The notes under the pieces were generated by a model. It was not told where the DNA came from. It made no database searches and worked only from the letters and a program-made list of their open reading frames with translations. A DNA stretch of 64,000 nucleotides from Christensenellaceae bacterium (GTDB taxonomy: Bacteria > Bacillota > Clostridia > Christensenellales > Borkfalkiaceae). Where the stretch lies: assembly GCA_045588105.1 (NCBI GenBank), contig JAZNDO010000108.1, forward strand, positions 15,881-79,880, written 5' to 3'. The translations under genes were made by a program, and so were the position numbers. Below are positions 26,027 to 35,300 of this stretch, in pieces (the first letter of the stretch is position 1; every line of letters begins with the position of its first letter).

Positions 26027-26539
26027 TTATACGATTTCGTGAGCAAATTCCTCCACGTTTCTTCTGCTTGCGTGCATTTGCGACGGGGTTGCCTGCTCTG
26101 AAGGATAGCCGACCAGCATCATACATTCAGGCGTAAGCCCCTCTAAATTTAAGGCTTCCTTAGTTTTTACGGGGTCAAAAGCGCAGACGTACAAGCTACC
26201 TAAGCCGACCTCTTTACTTGCATACATAAGCGTCGTAGCTATAATGCCTATATCCTGCGACGTAAATTCCCTTCCGTTTGCGTGATTATGCCAACGCTTT
26301 TCATCAATTGAGCAGATTACGAAAACAAGCGGAGCGCCGAAAAAATTATCTCTGCCCGGAGTAAGCTTAGCAATTCCCTCGGGGGTTTTAGCATAAAAAA
26401 TCTCGTAAGGCTGATTATTTCTCGCCGTTGGAGCCTTTTTGACCATGTCGAGAATCTGAGCAATCTTCTCATCTTCTACAGTGGTGGAAGCAAAGCTTCT
26501 GACTGAAAATCTCGTATCGCAAATTTGTTTAAAATCCAT
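26027..26539 (-). CDS. Nitroreductase-family protein.
   Basis: RFSVRSF...KAPTARNNQPYE is the N-terminal nitroreductase motif. 170 aa. Confidence 0.75.
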   Translation of the reverse strand: MDFKQICDTRFSVRSFASTTVEDEKIAQILDMVKKAPTARNNQPYEIFYAKTPEGIAKLTPGRDNFFGAPLVFVICSIDEKRWHNHANGREFTSQDIGIIATTLMYASKEVGLGSLYVCAFDPVKTKEALNLEGLTPECMMLVGYPSEQATPSQMHASRRNVEEFAHEIV

Positions 26540-26644
26540 AATTACATCTCCTTTATAATTATTATATAATTATTTGTTGCCGAATGCAAGTCAGTTTTAA
26601 AATTTTACTTTACTTTTCACCCGAAAATATGGTATTATTTTGTT

Positions 26645-27343
26645 ATGAGAATTGATAAGTTTTTTTCAGAGATTGGCAAATTTACAAGAAAGGAATGCGC
26701 CGAAAAGCTTAAGAAAGGGTTAATCACCGTAAACGGCGAAACCGTAAAAAAGGGTGACTTTAAGGTTGACCCTCATTCCGATACCGTTTGTTATAGCGGC
26801 GAGCCGATTATTTACAAAAAGTACGCCTATATACTCGTTAATAAGCCTACAGGCGTAGTTTCAGCCACCGAGGACGGCAGTGATAAAACTGTCGTTGACC
26901 TACTTCCACCCGAAATGAAAAGGCTTAATTTATTCCCCTGCGGCAGGCTTGACAAGGATACCGTCGGGCTTGTAATTCTGACTAACGACGGAGCGTCCGC
27001 GCATAACGCCTTATCGCCTAAAAGACACGTTACAAAGAAGTATTATTTTGAAGTAGCTGACGAGTTTTCAGACGAAGACATAACTGCAATAGAAGGCGGA
27101 ATAACGCTTGCGGACGGCTACACGACAAAGCCATGCGAAATTGAAAGGCTTAACGGAAAATCGGGATATATAACCTTAACCGAGGGCAAATATCACGAGA
27201 TTAAAAGACTGTTCGGCGCAAGAAAAAACAAAATTACTTTTTTGGAGAGAATTTCCTTTTCTAAAATAACTCTCGGAGATTTGCCAAGAGGCGAATGGAG
27301 ATATCTTACCGAAGAGGAAGAAAAAATTTTCACAAATACTTAA
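26645..27343 (+). CDS. Pseudouridine synthase, RsuA/RluB family (S4 domain plus catalytic domain).
   Basis: MRIDKFFSE...GLITVNGE is the S4 domain. GRLDKDTVGLVILTNDG carries the catalytic Asp motif, and EGKYHEIKRLF is present. Confidence 0.85.
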   Translation: MRIDKFFSEIGKFTRKECAEKLKKGLITVNGETVKKGDFKVDPHSDTVCYSGEPIIYKKYAYILVNKPTGVVSATEDGSDKTVVDLLPPEMKRLNLFPCGRLDKDTVGLVILTNDGASAHNALSPKRHVTKKYYFEVADEFSDEDITAIEGGITLADGYTTKPCEIERLNGKSGYITLTEGKYHEIKRLFGARKNKITFLERISFSKITLGDLPRGEWRYLTEEEEKIFTNT

Positions 27344-27399
27344 GTCTATACGTATAAAGCCGTTCCTTCTGCCCATAATAAAGGCAGGAGGAATTTTTT

Positions 27400-27627
27400 A
27401 TGAAAATTGCAAACATAATTGCTTACGTATTAGTTATTGTAGGCGCGCTTAACTGGGGACTTTTCGGTCTTTTAAACTTTAACCTCGTTTCCTTCGTATT
27501 CGGAGGCGCAAGAGTTATGGGCTCGGTAGTAATTTATTCGGTAATAGCCGTTGCTGCTTTATGGCTTATCGTATCGCCGTTTTTAACCGAAGGCAAGCTT
27601 GCTTTAACACGTGGCGAGGATATCTGA
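27400..27627 (+). CDS. DUF378-family small membrane protein.
   Basis: 75 aa with two TM helices. IVGALNWGLFGL is the characteristic motif. An AGGAGG RBS is present. Confidence 0.7.
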   Translation: MKIANIIAYVLVIVGALNWGLFGLLNFNLVSFVFGGARVMGSVVIYSVIAVAALWLIVSPFLTEGKLALTRGEDI

Positions 27628-27722
27628 TAATAAACTTTAAATAAGCATCTGCCCGACAATAGGCAGATGCTTATTTATTTGACTTTAAAAATATTTATGC
27701 TATAATACGCATAGAGGCTTTT

Positions 27723-28235
27723 ATGAAGATTGCGGGAGAAATCGTTGGCGTATTTGCCATAATTATAAATTTTTTGATATATCAGCAAAAGGACAGGAAA
27801 AACGTACTCAAGGTCAAATTGCTTTCCGATATAAGCTGGGCGCTGCATTACGGCTTACTGACTGCGTTTTCGGGAATGGCCGTTTGCGCCGTTGGTGCGG
27901 TAAGAGAAACGGCCTTTATATTTACCGAGGACAAAAAAGAAAAGCGTAAATATTTTTTACTTTTCTTTGCCTTGATTGCGGTAATCACCTCTGCTCTTAC
28001 AATGAAGGACTGCTACGGTCTTTTACCTGCTCTCGCATCCTTAATTGCAGTGTTCAGCTATTGGCAACAAAACCCAAATTTAACTAAGCTGTTGGGTATA
28101 CCAATTTCAATTTCTATGCTTATATACGATATAATGCGCTCTTCAATTATGGGCATCACAAACGAGATTCTCACACTCGTTTCTATAGCCGTTTTCTTTA
28201 TCCTTAAGAGGGAAAGAATTGAGAGCGATAAATAG
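27723..28235 (+). CDS. YgjV-like inner membrane protein.
   Basis: 170 aa, five or six TM segments, general resemblance to the YgjV family. A TTGACT-16-TGCTATAAT promoter lies at 27679-27706. Confidence 0.5.
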   Translation: MKIAGEIVGVFAIIINFLIYQQKDRKNVLKVKLLSDISWALHYGLLTAFSGMAVCAVGAVRETAFIFTEDKKEKRKYFLLFFALIAVITSALTMKDCYGLLPALASLIAVFSYWQQNPNLTKLLGIPISISMLIYDIMRSSIMGITNEILTLVSIAVFFILKRERIESDK

Positions 28236-28250
28236 CACTTTAACATTTTA

Positions 28251-28293
28251 AAAACGCCGTATAAGTCGTTTAACCGACCTATACGGCGTTTTT
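28251..28293. terminator. Bidirectional terminator.
   Basis: AAAACGCCGTATA.GTCG ... CGAC.TATACGGCGTTTT is a long imperfect inverted repeat between convergent genes. Confidence 0.75.
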
Positions 28294-28302
28294 CGTTATA
28301 CT

Positions 28303-30195
28303 TTATGCTCTGCCGTTATGGCTGATGCCTCCGCAGAAGTAGATATACGCGTTTGTAATCGCGCCCGTTTCATCCAATACGTTTACGGTGCCGCCCATGA
28401 TTGGGTCACCGGTTTGATACGGTGAGAAAGCAAACACGATTGAGCCGTCGCTTTGCAGCCAGTTAACTCCGTCGTAGGTTGCAATCTTCTGTCCGAATTG
28501 GAATCTTACGCCTTCGTGTACGATACTCGTGCTGATTTGGTGCTCGTGTCCTACGTATATACTGTCGCAGCCGATAGCAACCATCTTCTTAAAGATTGCG
28601 CCGTTAGTATCCCACGCTCCGCTATACGAACCGCCGAGATAACCGATATCGCCCTCTTCTCTGTCAGGGTGCTGGTCAATATTTATAACGGTTTGGTTAG
28701 GATATCCGTACTTTTTAAGAGCCGCTGTAAACGCTTGAATTTGAATATGGAAGGCAAAGGAAATCTTAGTTTCGGGACTATGTGTGTTTATAAGCGAGCC
28801 GAGGCTTTCAAACCATGCAACCTGGTCGTCGCCAAAGCCGGCATAAGTTTTCATTTGTCCGTCTTCCGTAGACTGACGGCTTGGTGAACCGCATCCGTTA
28901 GAGTCCATCATAAAGAACACTCTGGTAAGTTTTCCGCCCTGCGCTATACCTACGGTATAGTTGCCGTTACCGGTTAAGGTATTGCGCTTGAATAAGCAGT
29001 GTTCAGCGTTTTCGTACTGTTCACATTGCCAAGCAACGCCTTTTTTACTTTCGTTATCGTGGTTACCGAATACGGGCGCCCAAGGAATTTCAAAGCTTTC
29101 CATAACGGCTATAAGCTTCGTAAGCGAAGCGCCGCTATCGTCGAATTTGCCGTAAACGTTATCGCCCGTCATTATAATAAGGTCGGGCTGAACTGCGTTT
29201 ACAGTTTCACGAAGATAATTTTCAAGTCTTACGCCAAAGTTTTCGGGCGCGTAGTAGCTAACAGATATATCGGTTTGATTTTGCGATGAGTCGATAATCT
29301 GAGTATCGGTAATTTGTAAAATTACGGGATTTTTACCCTCTTCAACCTCTACTACGAAATCGGGAATAGTAAGTGGGTCAATTTGAGTTGCAACCGTAGC
29401 TCTGCACTCTTCAACGGTAGGTCCGTCACCCTTGTTTAAATCGTATTGATATTCAACTACCAATTCGTATTCTCCGCAAGGAATACCCTCGAATGCTCTT
29501 GCCGTTAAATCGTCAAGAGGAATTTCGTCACCGTCCTTTGAAATAATCTTAATAGATAAGATTTCTAAAATCTCAGACGGGTCCTTTTCGTTCAAATCAA
29601 AAGAAAAGCTTGTCGTGGAGGTTGCTTCATAGGTTACCCCTAACGTAGGCGTTCTAAGAGCTGAGGTCATTTTAGAAGCCTTCTTCTCTATGACGAAGTC
29701 ATCTTCGCCTATATTATACGTATAAGTAACGTGAACGGTATAATTCGTTAAGCTCAAAAGTCCGTCAAAGGTTCTTTGCTCTAAATCGTCGATTACAGTC
29801 TTGTTTTTGCCCTGAGCTAAAACGATTCCGGTTATTTCGCCTATTTCATTAGGGTCGTTTTCTTCAACGTTTAGAATAATTGACCTTGCAGTTGACGTAA
29901 GCGAAATACTAAGCTCCGGAGCCTCTAAAACAACTTCGCCCTTTGAATCAGATTCAGACTCAGAAGCGCTTTCTTTACTGCTTGAATCACTTTCCTCTTT
30001 TACTGAAGAGCTGTCTGACGTGCTGTCAAAGTGGCTATCGCCCTTGCTGTCTGTCAAGCTTTCGGATTCAAGCACGCTTTCGGAATCACTGCCCGAGGGC
30101 TTTACGGTATCTCCGCCCATATCGCAACCGACTAAAGTGAACATCATGAGCGCGATAACGGAAAAAACCGTTATGAAAAATCTTTTCTTAAACAT
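28303..30195 (-). CDS. Lipoprotein metallophosphoesterase (calcineurin-like) with an acidic Ser-rich linker and two beta-sandwich repeats. Paralogue 2.
   Basis: I moved the start to the ATG at 30195 (GGAGAA RBS), giving MFKKRFFITVFSVIALMMFTLVGC (lipobox). Motifs are ITDTQ, IMTGDNVYG, GNHDNE and GHEH. Collinear with 30695-32587. Confidence 0.8.
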   Translation of the reverse strand: MFKKRFFITVFSVIALMMFTLVGCDMGGDTVKPSGSDSESVLESESLTDSKGDSHFDSTSDSSSVKEESDSSSKESASESESDSKGEVVLEAPELSISLTSTARSIILNVEENDPNEIGEITGIVLAQGKNKTVIDDLEQRTFDGLLSLTNYTVHVTYTYNIGEDDFVIEKKASKMTSALRTPTLGVTYEATSTTSFSFDLNEKDPSEILEILSIKIISKDGDEIPLDDLTARAFEGIPCGEYELVVEYQYDLNKGDGPTVEECRATVATQIDPLTIPDFVVEVEEGKNPVILQITDTQIIDSSQNQTDISVSYYAPENFGVRLENYLRETVNAVQPDLIIMTGDNVYGKFDDSGASLTKLIAVMESFEIPWAPVFGNHDNESKKGVAWQCEQYENAEHCLFKRNTLTGNGNYTVGIAQGGKLTRVFFMMDSNGCGSPSRQSTEDGQMKTYAGFGDDQVAWFESLGSLINTHSPETKISFAFHIQIQAFTAALKKYGYPNQTVINIDQHPDREEGDIGYLGGSYSGAWDTNGAIFKKMVAIGCDSIYVGHEHQISTSIVHEGVRFQFGQKIATYDGVNWLQSDGSIVFAFSPYQTGDPIMGGTVNVLDETGAITNAYIYFCGGISHNGRA

Positions 30196-30222
30196 TATTT
30201 TCTCCATTATATATTTTGATTT

Positions 30223-30648
30223 TTATGAAATTGCAATATCTCTGAAATAGATAACGTTGCCTTGAGCAATTACGAACGCCCATTCCGTACAGCTCGTGCC
30301 TAAGCTTGAAATATCAACGGTATAGGTTGCCCATTGGTCGTAAACAAGCTCAAGCTCGGGTAAAACGTCAGCCTTGTTTTCCTTGCTCATATACTTAATA
30401 TAGCCATCCACGGTACCGTCTATCACAGGCTCGTTAGCGTTAGGCTTAACTCTTATAGCAAACTCGCCGTAGCCGTTAAGTAAATTCTTTGACGTAGACG
30501 GAATATAAACCGTAAAGCTAAAGGTGCTCTTGTTAGCTAAAAGAGCAGATTTTACGTAAAATTTACCTTGGCCTATTGCCGTTATTTCGTAAGCGTTATA
30601 TCCTGCAATTGCAACTCTTGCAAGAGAAAGATTGCCGTCTATAGTCAA
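30223..30648 (-). CDS. Orphan beta-sandwich (CBM-like) domain ORF, probably detached from the upstream metallophosphoesterase by a frameshift.
   Basis: TTG start only, with no RBS and no signal peptide. The frame is open back to 30708, encoding a Pro-rich linker (TQPVKPEPPLEV) that overlaps the stop of 30695-32587. It ends ...WAFVIAQGNVIYFRDIAIS. Confidence 0.4.
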   Translation of the reverse strand: MTIDGNLSLARVAIAGYNAYEITAIGQGKFYVKSALLANKSTFSFTVYIPSTSKNLLNGYGEFAIRVKPNANEPVIDGTVDGYIKYMSKENKADVLPELELVYDQWATYTVDISSLGTSCTEWAFVIAQGNVIYFRDIAIS

Positions 30649-30694
30649 ATCAGTATCGTACTGAAGACCACTGACCTCAAGAGGAGGCTCAGGC

Positions 30695-32587
30695 TTAACG
30701 GGTTGGGTCTACGCCGTCGCAATAATAGATATACGCGTCGACGATTGCGCCCGTTTCGTCCAATACGTTTACGGTACCGCCCATAATTTCTTTACCGCCG
30801 CTGAACGGAGGATAGCTGCCTACAACCTCTCCGTCCGGAGTAAGCCAGTTACATCTGTCGTAGGTAGAAATCTTTTGCGAGAATTGGAATCTGACGCCCT
30901 CGTAAACAACGCTTGCGCTGTTTAAATGCTCGTGACCGATGTAAATACTGTCACAGCCTATTGCAACCATCTTGCGGTAAACGACAAAGTTGAGGTCCCA
31001 AGGTCCCTTAAGGTCTGCGCCGAGATAACCGAAATCACCGTCCTCCTTGTCGGGGTGTAAATCTATATTAATAGGATTATCCTTAGTTCCGCTGTTTGTA
31101 AATCCGTACTTTTTATAAGCGTTTTTGAACATGCTTATATTGATATGGAAGGCAAACGAGATTTTGGTATCGGGCGAAAGCTCGTTAATTCTCGCTCCGA
31201 CCTCTTCAAACCAAGCAATCTGGTCGTTGCCAAAGCCTACCGACGAAGTAGTGTGTCCGTTTGCAAGAGATTCGGCGCTTACCGCCCCACAGCCGTTAGA
31301 GTCCATCATAAAGAATACTCTCGTAAGCTTATCGCCCTGTACTATACCGACGGTATAGTTGCCGTTTCCGGTAAGGGTTCTTTGCTTGAAGAGACAGTAT
31401 TCGGAATTTTCAAGCTGCTCGCATTGCCAGTCTGCGCCCATCTTACTCTCGTTGTCGTGGTTACCGAATACGGGCGCCCAAGGAATTTGGAAGCTGTCCA
31501 TAGCCTCTATAAGCGCTAAAAGCGAGGTTCCCACATAGTCAAACTCACCGTAAACAAGGTCACCGGTAATTAAAATAAGGTCGGGATTAGTTGAGGTGAT
31601 AGTTTCACGAAGGAATTTAAACAGTCTGTCCTCCATCCTTTCGGGGGCATAGTATGTCTTATCAACAGCTCTTCCGCTACGTGCCTGCATAGCGTCTATA
31701 ATTTGAGTGTCCGAAAGCTGTAAGATTACGGGATTCCTGCCCTCTTCAACCTCAACGGTAAAGTCGGGAATGCTCAACGGGCTGATAACGGTTGCGACGG
31801 ACAGTCTGTATTCCGCGCTGTTTAAGCCTTCGCCCTTATTTAAGTCGTAATCGTAGCAAACCACCAACTCGTATTGACCGGTTGGAATATCCTCGAAAAT
31901 TCTTGAGGTTAAATCGTCTAAGGAAATCTCTTCGCCGCCGTCCTGCGGAATAAGCTTGATAGCGGTTATCGTCATATTGTTCGACTTATCGTCTATTTCA
32001 AGCTCAAAGGAAATGCTGGTTTCGGACTCTGCGGTATACGTAGCCGAAACGGAAGGAACACGCATCGCAACGGTATACTTTCTCTTCGTATACGTATCGG
32101 AAACGTCACCGTCGCCAATATTGTAGGTATAAGTTATCTTAACAGTGTACTGTTCACCGCTGTAAAGACCGTTAAATTCTCTCTGAGATAAATCTTCAAC
32201 GTTAATCTTATCGTTTCCCAAGGAAAATTCAATTGCCGTAATTTCGCCGACGTCGGAAGGGTCGTTCTCTTCCTCAACGATTGTAATCGATGTCTCTGTT
32301 GAGGTCAAGCTGAAATTAAAGGTCGGCACAGTGACAGCAGCGGATGAATCGCTTTCTGAAACAGACTCCTCGCTTTCGCTTAAGTTTTCTTCACTGTCGC
32401 CCACATCACTTTCTTCGCTTTCGAAGTAGCTGTCGCCTTGACTGTCTGTCAAGCTTTCGGTATCCAGTACGCTTTCCGACTCGCTCGATGAGGTCGGATT
32501 CGTCGTGCTCATATCGCAGCCTGCTAAGGTCGCAAATAAAAGAGCAAAAGACAACAAAAATGCAATTAGAAATCTTTTTTTAACCAT
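30695..32587 (-). CDS. Lipoprotein metallophosphoesterase (calcineurin-like). Paralogue 1.
   Basis: MVKKRFLIAFLLSFALLFATLAGC (lipobox). Motifs are LSDTQ, ITGDLVYG, GNHDNE and GHEH. Same architecture as 28303-30195. Confidence 0.8.
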   Translation of the reverse strand: MVKKRFLIAFLLSFALLFATLAGCDMSTTNPTSSSESESVLDTESLTDSQGDSYFESEESDVGDSEENLSESEESVSESDSSAAVTVPTFNFSLTSTETSITIVEEENDPSDVGEITAIEFSLGNDKINVEDLSQREFNGLYSGEQYTVKITYTYNIGDGDVSDTYTKRKYTVAMRVPSVSATYTAESETSISFELEIDDKSNNMTITAIKLIPQDGGEEISLDDLTSRIFEDIPTGQYELVVCYDYDLNKGEGLNSAEYRLSVATVISPLSIPDFTVEVEEGRNPVILQLSDTQIIDAMQARSGRAVDKTYYAPERMEDRLFKFLRETITSTNPDLILITGDLVYGEFDYVGTSLLALIEAMDSFQIPWAPVFGNHDNESKMGADWQCEQLENSEYCLFKQRTLTGNGNYTVGIVQGDKLTRVFFMMDSNGCGAVSAESLANGHTTSSVGFGNDQIAWFEEVGARINELSPDTKISFAFHINISMFKNAYKKYGFTNSGTKDNPINIDLHPDKEDGDFGYLGADLKGPWDLNFVVYRKMVAIGCDSIYIGHEHLNSASVVYEGVRFQFSQKISTYDRCNWLTPDGEVVGSYPPFSGGKEIMGGTVNVLDETGAIVDAYIYYCDGVDPTR

Positions 32588-32668
32588 TTTTTCTCCTTTT
32601 CGTTACTTATAATTCATACAAGAAGCCGAAGGCTTGCTTGCAAAAGATTCAATTTCTTATGATTTATT

Positions 32669-34471
32669 TTAAGCTGCCAAAGAGCTTTCCTCAGCAGACT
32701 CCGAGGCCGATTCGTACGAAGAGCTCTCCGACTCGCTCGCGCTGTCGTTTTCGCTCGCACTTTCCGACCGGCTCTCGCTTTCGGATTCACCCGGTACACT
32801 TGAAGCCTTTCCTTTTACAAACGTACTGATTTTTGAAAAAGCGTCCTTTGAGAATGGACTCGTTAATCCGGCGCTCATAAGGCTTCCCGCAAAGCCAAGC
32901 TCGGCAGCGTCGTTTTCAACAATCGTTGAATAAATTTTTCTTCCTGCCAAACGGGAGCTGTCTGTCGCTACGTAAAGATTGAGCGCAGCCACACCCGACG
33001 TAGCGTAGCTTATATAATATACAGGATGCTCCGCTACGACTAAACGCCAATAATGATTGATATCCGTCAAGCTGTTTACAAACTCAACTCCGCCGTAGTT
33101 AGCGCAAATTTCGTTCATTTTAGCATCAAAATTCTCATAAGTGTATTGCGACACGTCGTTCGTGTATACGAAATACTCAAACTCATCTATCATGGTGCTG
33201 ACGATAACGGTAGACAAAATGCCCGACAATTTGCTAAGCTCTAAGCCCTTGAATACGTTTTGAGAAAGCTTATCGCCTAAAAACTCAAGCAAAAGCATCT
33301 CGTTACCCTGAGAGTGAACCTCGTTCAAGTCCATTGACGCAGAGCCAAGACCTTGATACATACCGGCGTAATAGTGACCTATTTCGTGGGCCACGGTAAA
33401 GGCGTCCTGATAACCCGGCCCAAAATAACAGTAAGATTTTTCGTAATAAGGCAAATTGACCGTAAATGCCGACGCGCTTGCATTTTGACCGTCTGCAAAC
33501 ATAACGTTCTTATTGTCAAACGCGTGAGTTAATGCCACCTTTATATTTGAGGAATCGTAGGAGCTTACGTATTCCTGCCAATAATTCGTCGTCGTTTTAT
33601 TGTAAGCCTTGGTACCGATATCCTTAATTAAATCGACGTCACCGTCGGATAAATTCTCAGCGGCAGTCTCAAGCTCGTCCTTTAACGCCGTTACGAGCGA
33701 CGGAAGCTCTTTGCCTACGTTTATTCTGAAGAGCTCAATCTTAGAAGAGTCGTAATCTCTTCCGTAAATATATTCGCTCGCGTAATCGTAATAGTTACTA
33801 AAGCCGTACTCGACCGCTATCTTATTGTTTTTCTCAATTATCTGCTTATAAATGCCCGTAGACTCGGTTAAGCACTCCTGCGTAAAGCTACCTTGCTCGT
33901 CATAAGACTCCTTTTTTGTCAAAAGCTCTCCGTACTTAACCTGAAGCTCTGTAACCTCATTTTCCAAGGATACGACGGTTTTTGAATATTTTAAAATTCT
34001 GTTCAAATCGTCCGCATCCATACCGTTGAAGAAGCTGTTTGTGCCCGAAATACCCTTTGACTTCTCCGACTTGTAAATGTCTTGCAGGGCTACCATATAT
34101 TCGGCGTAAATGTCGTTGTACGCGCTGCTTGCAAACAGATAATTTTCCTTGTTCGTATTGCTGGACGTATCGGCAGCATAATGTACGTAAGCCACGTTTG
34201 CTTGCGTTGCGACCTCGTAATATGCGTAAATAAACTCATTCCACAAGGTCACGGCAGTCGCATCGCTCGTGCCGTTTTTAATAATTTGATTTTTTGCAGA
34301 TTGTAAAGCGCCCTTCGTTTCACTCACCTTAGCCTCGCTGAGCGTATAGCCCGGCAAGCCCTCTACAGGCTCTATAACAGGAACGATTACAACCCCAAAG
34401 CAAGAGGCTGAAAAGCATAATAGTATTAAGGTTGAAACGATTGTAAGAAATATCTTTTTAAGTCTGTTCAT
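32669..34471 (-). CDS. Exported or membrane-anchored zinc metallopeptidase (HEXXH; M3/oligoendopeptidase-F-like) with an acidic Ser-rich C-terminal tail.
   Basis: I moved the start to the ATG at 34471, giving MNRLKKIFLTIVSTLILLCFSASC. FTVAHEIGHYY (HEXXH) is followed by NEVHSQGNEML, a candidate third ligand. The tail is SSVPGESESESRSESASENDSASESESSSYESASESAEESS. Confidence 0.55.
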   Translation of the reverse strand: MNRLKKIFLTIVSTLILLCFSASCFGVVIVPVIEPVEGLPGYTLSEAKVSETKGALQSAKNQIIKNGTSDATAVTLWNEFIYAYYEVATQANVAYVHYAADTSSNTNKENYLFASSAYNDIYAEYMVALQDIYKSEKSKGISGTNSFFNGMDADDLNRILKYSKTVVSLENEVTELQVKYGELLTKKESYDEQGSFTQECLTESTGIYKQIIEKNNKIAVEYGFSNYYDYASEYIYGRDYDSSKIELFRINVGKELPSLVTALKDELETAAENLSDGDVDLIKDIGTKAYNKTTTNYWQEYVSSYDSSNIKVALTHAFDNKNVMFADGQNASASAFTVNLPYYEKSYCYFGPGYQDAFTVAHEIGHYYAGMYQGLGSASMDLNEVHSQGNEMLLLEFLGDKLSQNVFKGLELSKLSGILSTVIVSTMIDEFEYFVYTNDVSQYTYENFDAKMNEICANYGGVEFVNSLTDINHYWRLVVAEHPVYYISYATSGVAALNLYVATDSSRLAGRKIYSTIVENDAAELGFAGSLMSAGLTSPFSKDAFSKISTFVKGKASSVPGESESESRSESASENDSASESESSSYESASESAEESSLAA

Positions 34472-34594
34472 AATTCCTCTCAAAATTATAGTACATAATT
34501 TTAAACAGTTTATACATATATATTAATATAAAAAACCGCGTATGTCAAGATTAAACTTAATTTTGTCTGTAATTTATCAAGTTTTTACATTGTG

Positions 34595-34623
34595 TTGACA
34601 ATTTTTGCATTTAACTATATACT
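34595..34623 (+). promoter_or_regulatory. Sigma-A-type promoter.
   Basis: TTGACA (34595-34600), a 17-nt spacer, then TATACT (34618-34623). It lies upstream of the PPTase ATG at 34653. Confidence 0.6.
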
Positions 34624-34652
34624 GTATTTATCAAATTTCAGCTTTCAATTTT

Positions 34653-35228
34653 ATGATAAAGATTTTTTTAAAAAAAATACCCGACGAAATAAAGGGGAAA
34701 ATATTCTGCAAAAAGCGAATTGAGGAAATAAATTCCTGCAATAACGAAAAGGTTAAGCTTCAAAAGTTTTACGCTTGGCGTTTGCTTGAATACGCTGCGC
34801 GAGAGTTGGGCTTTAAGCCTGAGCTTTTACAGTTTAACAGGTCAAAAAACGGCAAATGGAGTTGCGACGCGTTTAAATTTTCCATTTCGCACAGCGGCGG
34901 CTACGTTGCTGTTGCCATAAACGACGGCGAAATTGGAATTGACCTCCAGGCAGACGCCTCGGTTGACTGCAAAAATTTTGCAAGGAAAATCTTAACCGCA
35001 AAGGAATACGGCGTATTTTCCGACTTGAAGGACTCACACAGAGAATTTCTGCTTGAAAAATGGACGCAGAAGGAAAGCATTTTTAAAATGCTTGACACCC
35101 CCTTGCCGATATCTCAAATCCAAACCGATTGCTACCCTACCGCTACGAAAAAACTGACCTTAGGCAACGAAATCTTCTATTTAAGCTGTACCGCAACCGA
35201 TTTTACCGTAGAAACGGTTGGAGCGTAA
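34653..35228 (+). CDS. 4'-phosphopantetheinyl transferase, Sfp type.
   Basis: FSISHSGGYVAVAI..GEIGIDLQ and WTQKESIFKM are the PPTase motifs. I placed the start at the ATG at 34653, because the ORF-track TTG start at 34605 lies inside the promoter. Confidence 0.7.
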   Translation: MIKIFLKKIPDEIKGKIFCKKRIEEINSCNNEKVKLQKFYAWRLLEYAARELGFKPELLQFNRSKNGKWSCDAFKFSISHSGGYVAVAINDGEIGIDLQADASVDCKNFARKILTAKEYGVFSDLKDSHREFLLEKWTQKESIFKMLDTPLPISQIQTDCYPTATKKLTLGNEIFYLSCTATDFTVETVGA

Positions 35229-35241
35229 AAGCTTTTAAAAT

Positions 35242-35300
35242 AACAAACCGACCTTAAAGGTTTGCCCTGTTGGGCAGACTTTAAAGGTCGGTTATTTGTT
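35242..35300. terminator. Long bidirectional terminator hairpin.
   Basis: AACAAACCGACCTTAAAGGTTTGCCC-TGTT-GGGCAGACTTTAAAGGTCGGTTATTTGTT, between convergent genes. Confidence 0.75.

Noticed and set aside
30695-30711. Programmed +1 ribosomal frameshift joining the metallophosphoesterase to the downstream beta-sandwich ORF.
   Set aside because: The shift window (GAC CCA ACC CGT TAA G) has no slippery codon that would allow P-site re-pairing in the +1 frame. It also has no upstream SD-like stimulator comparable to prfB. A mutation or sequencing indel is the simpler explanation.
32614-32829. ORFs 32614-32799 (-) and 32638-32829 (+).
   Set aside because: These are alternative-frame or antisense readings of the Ser/Glu-rich low-complexity tail of the peptidase gene. 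They give Arg/Ser-rich nonsense composition.
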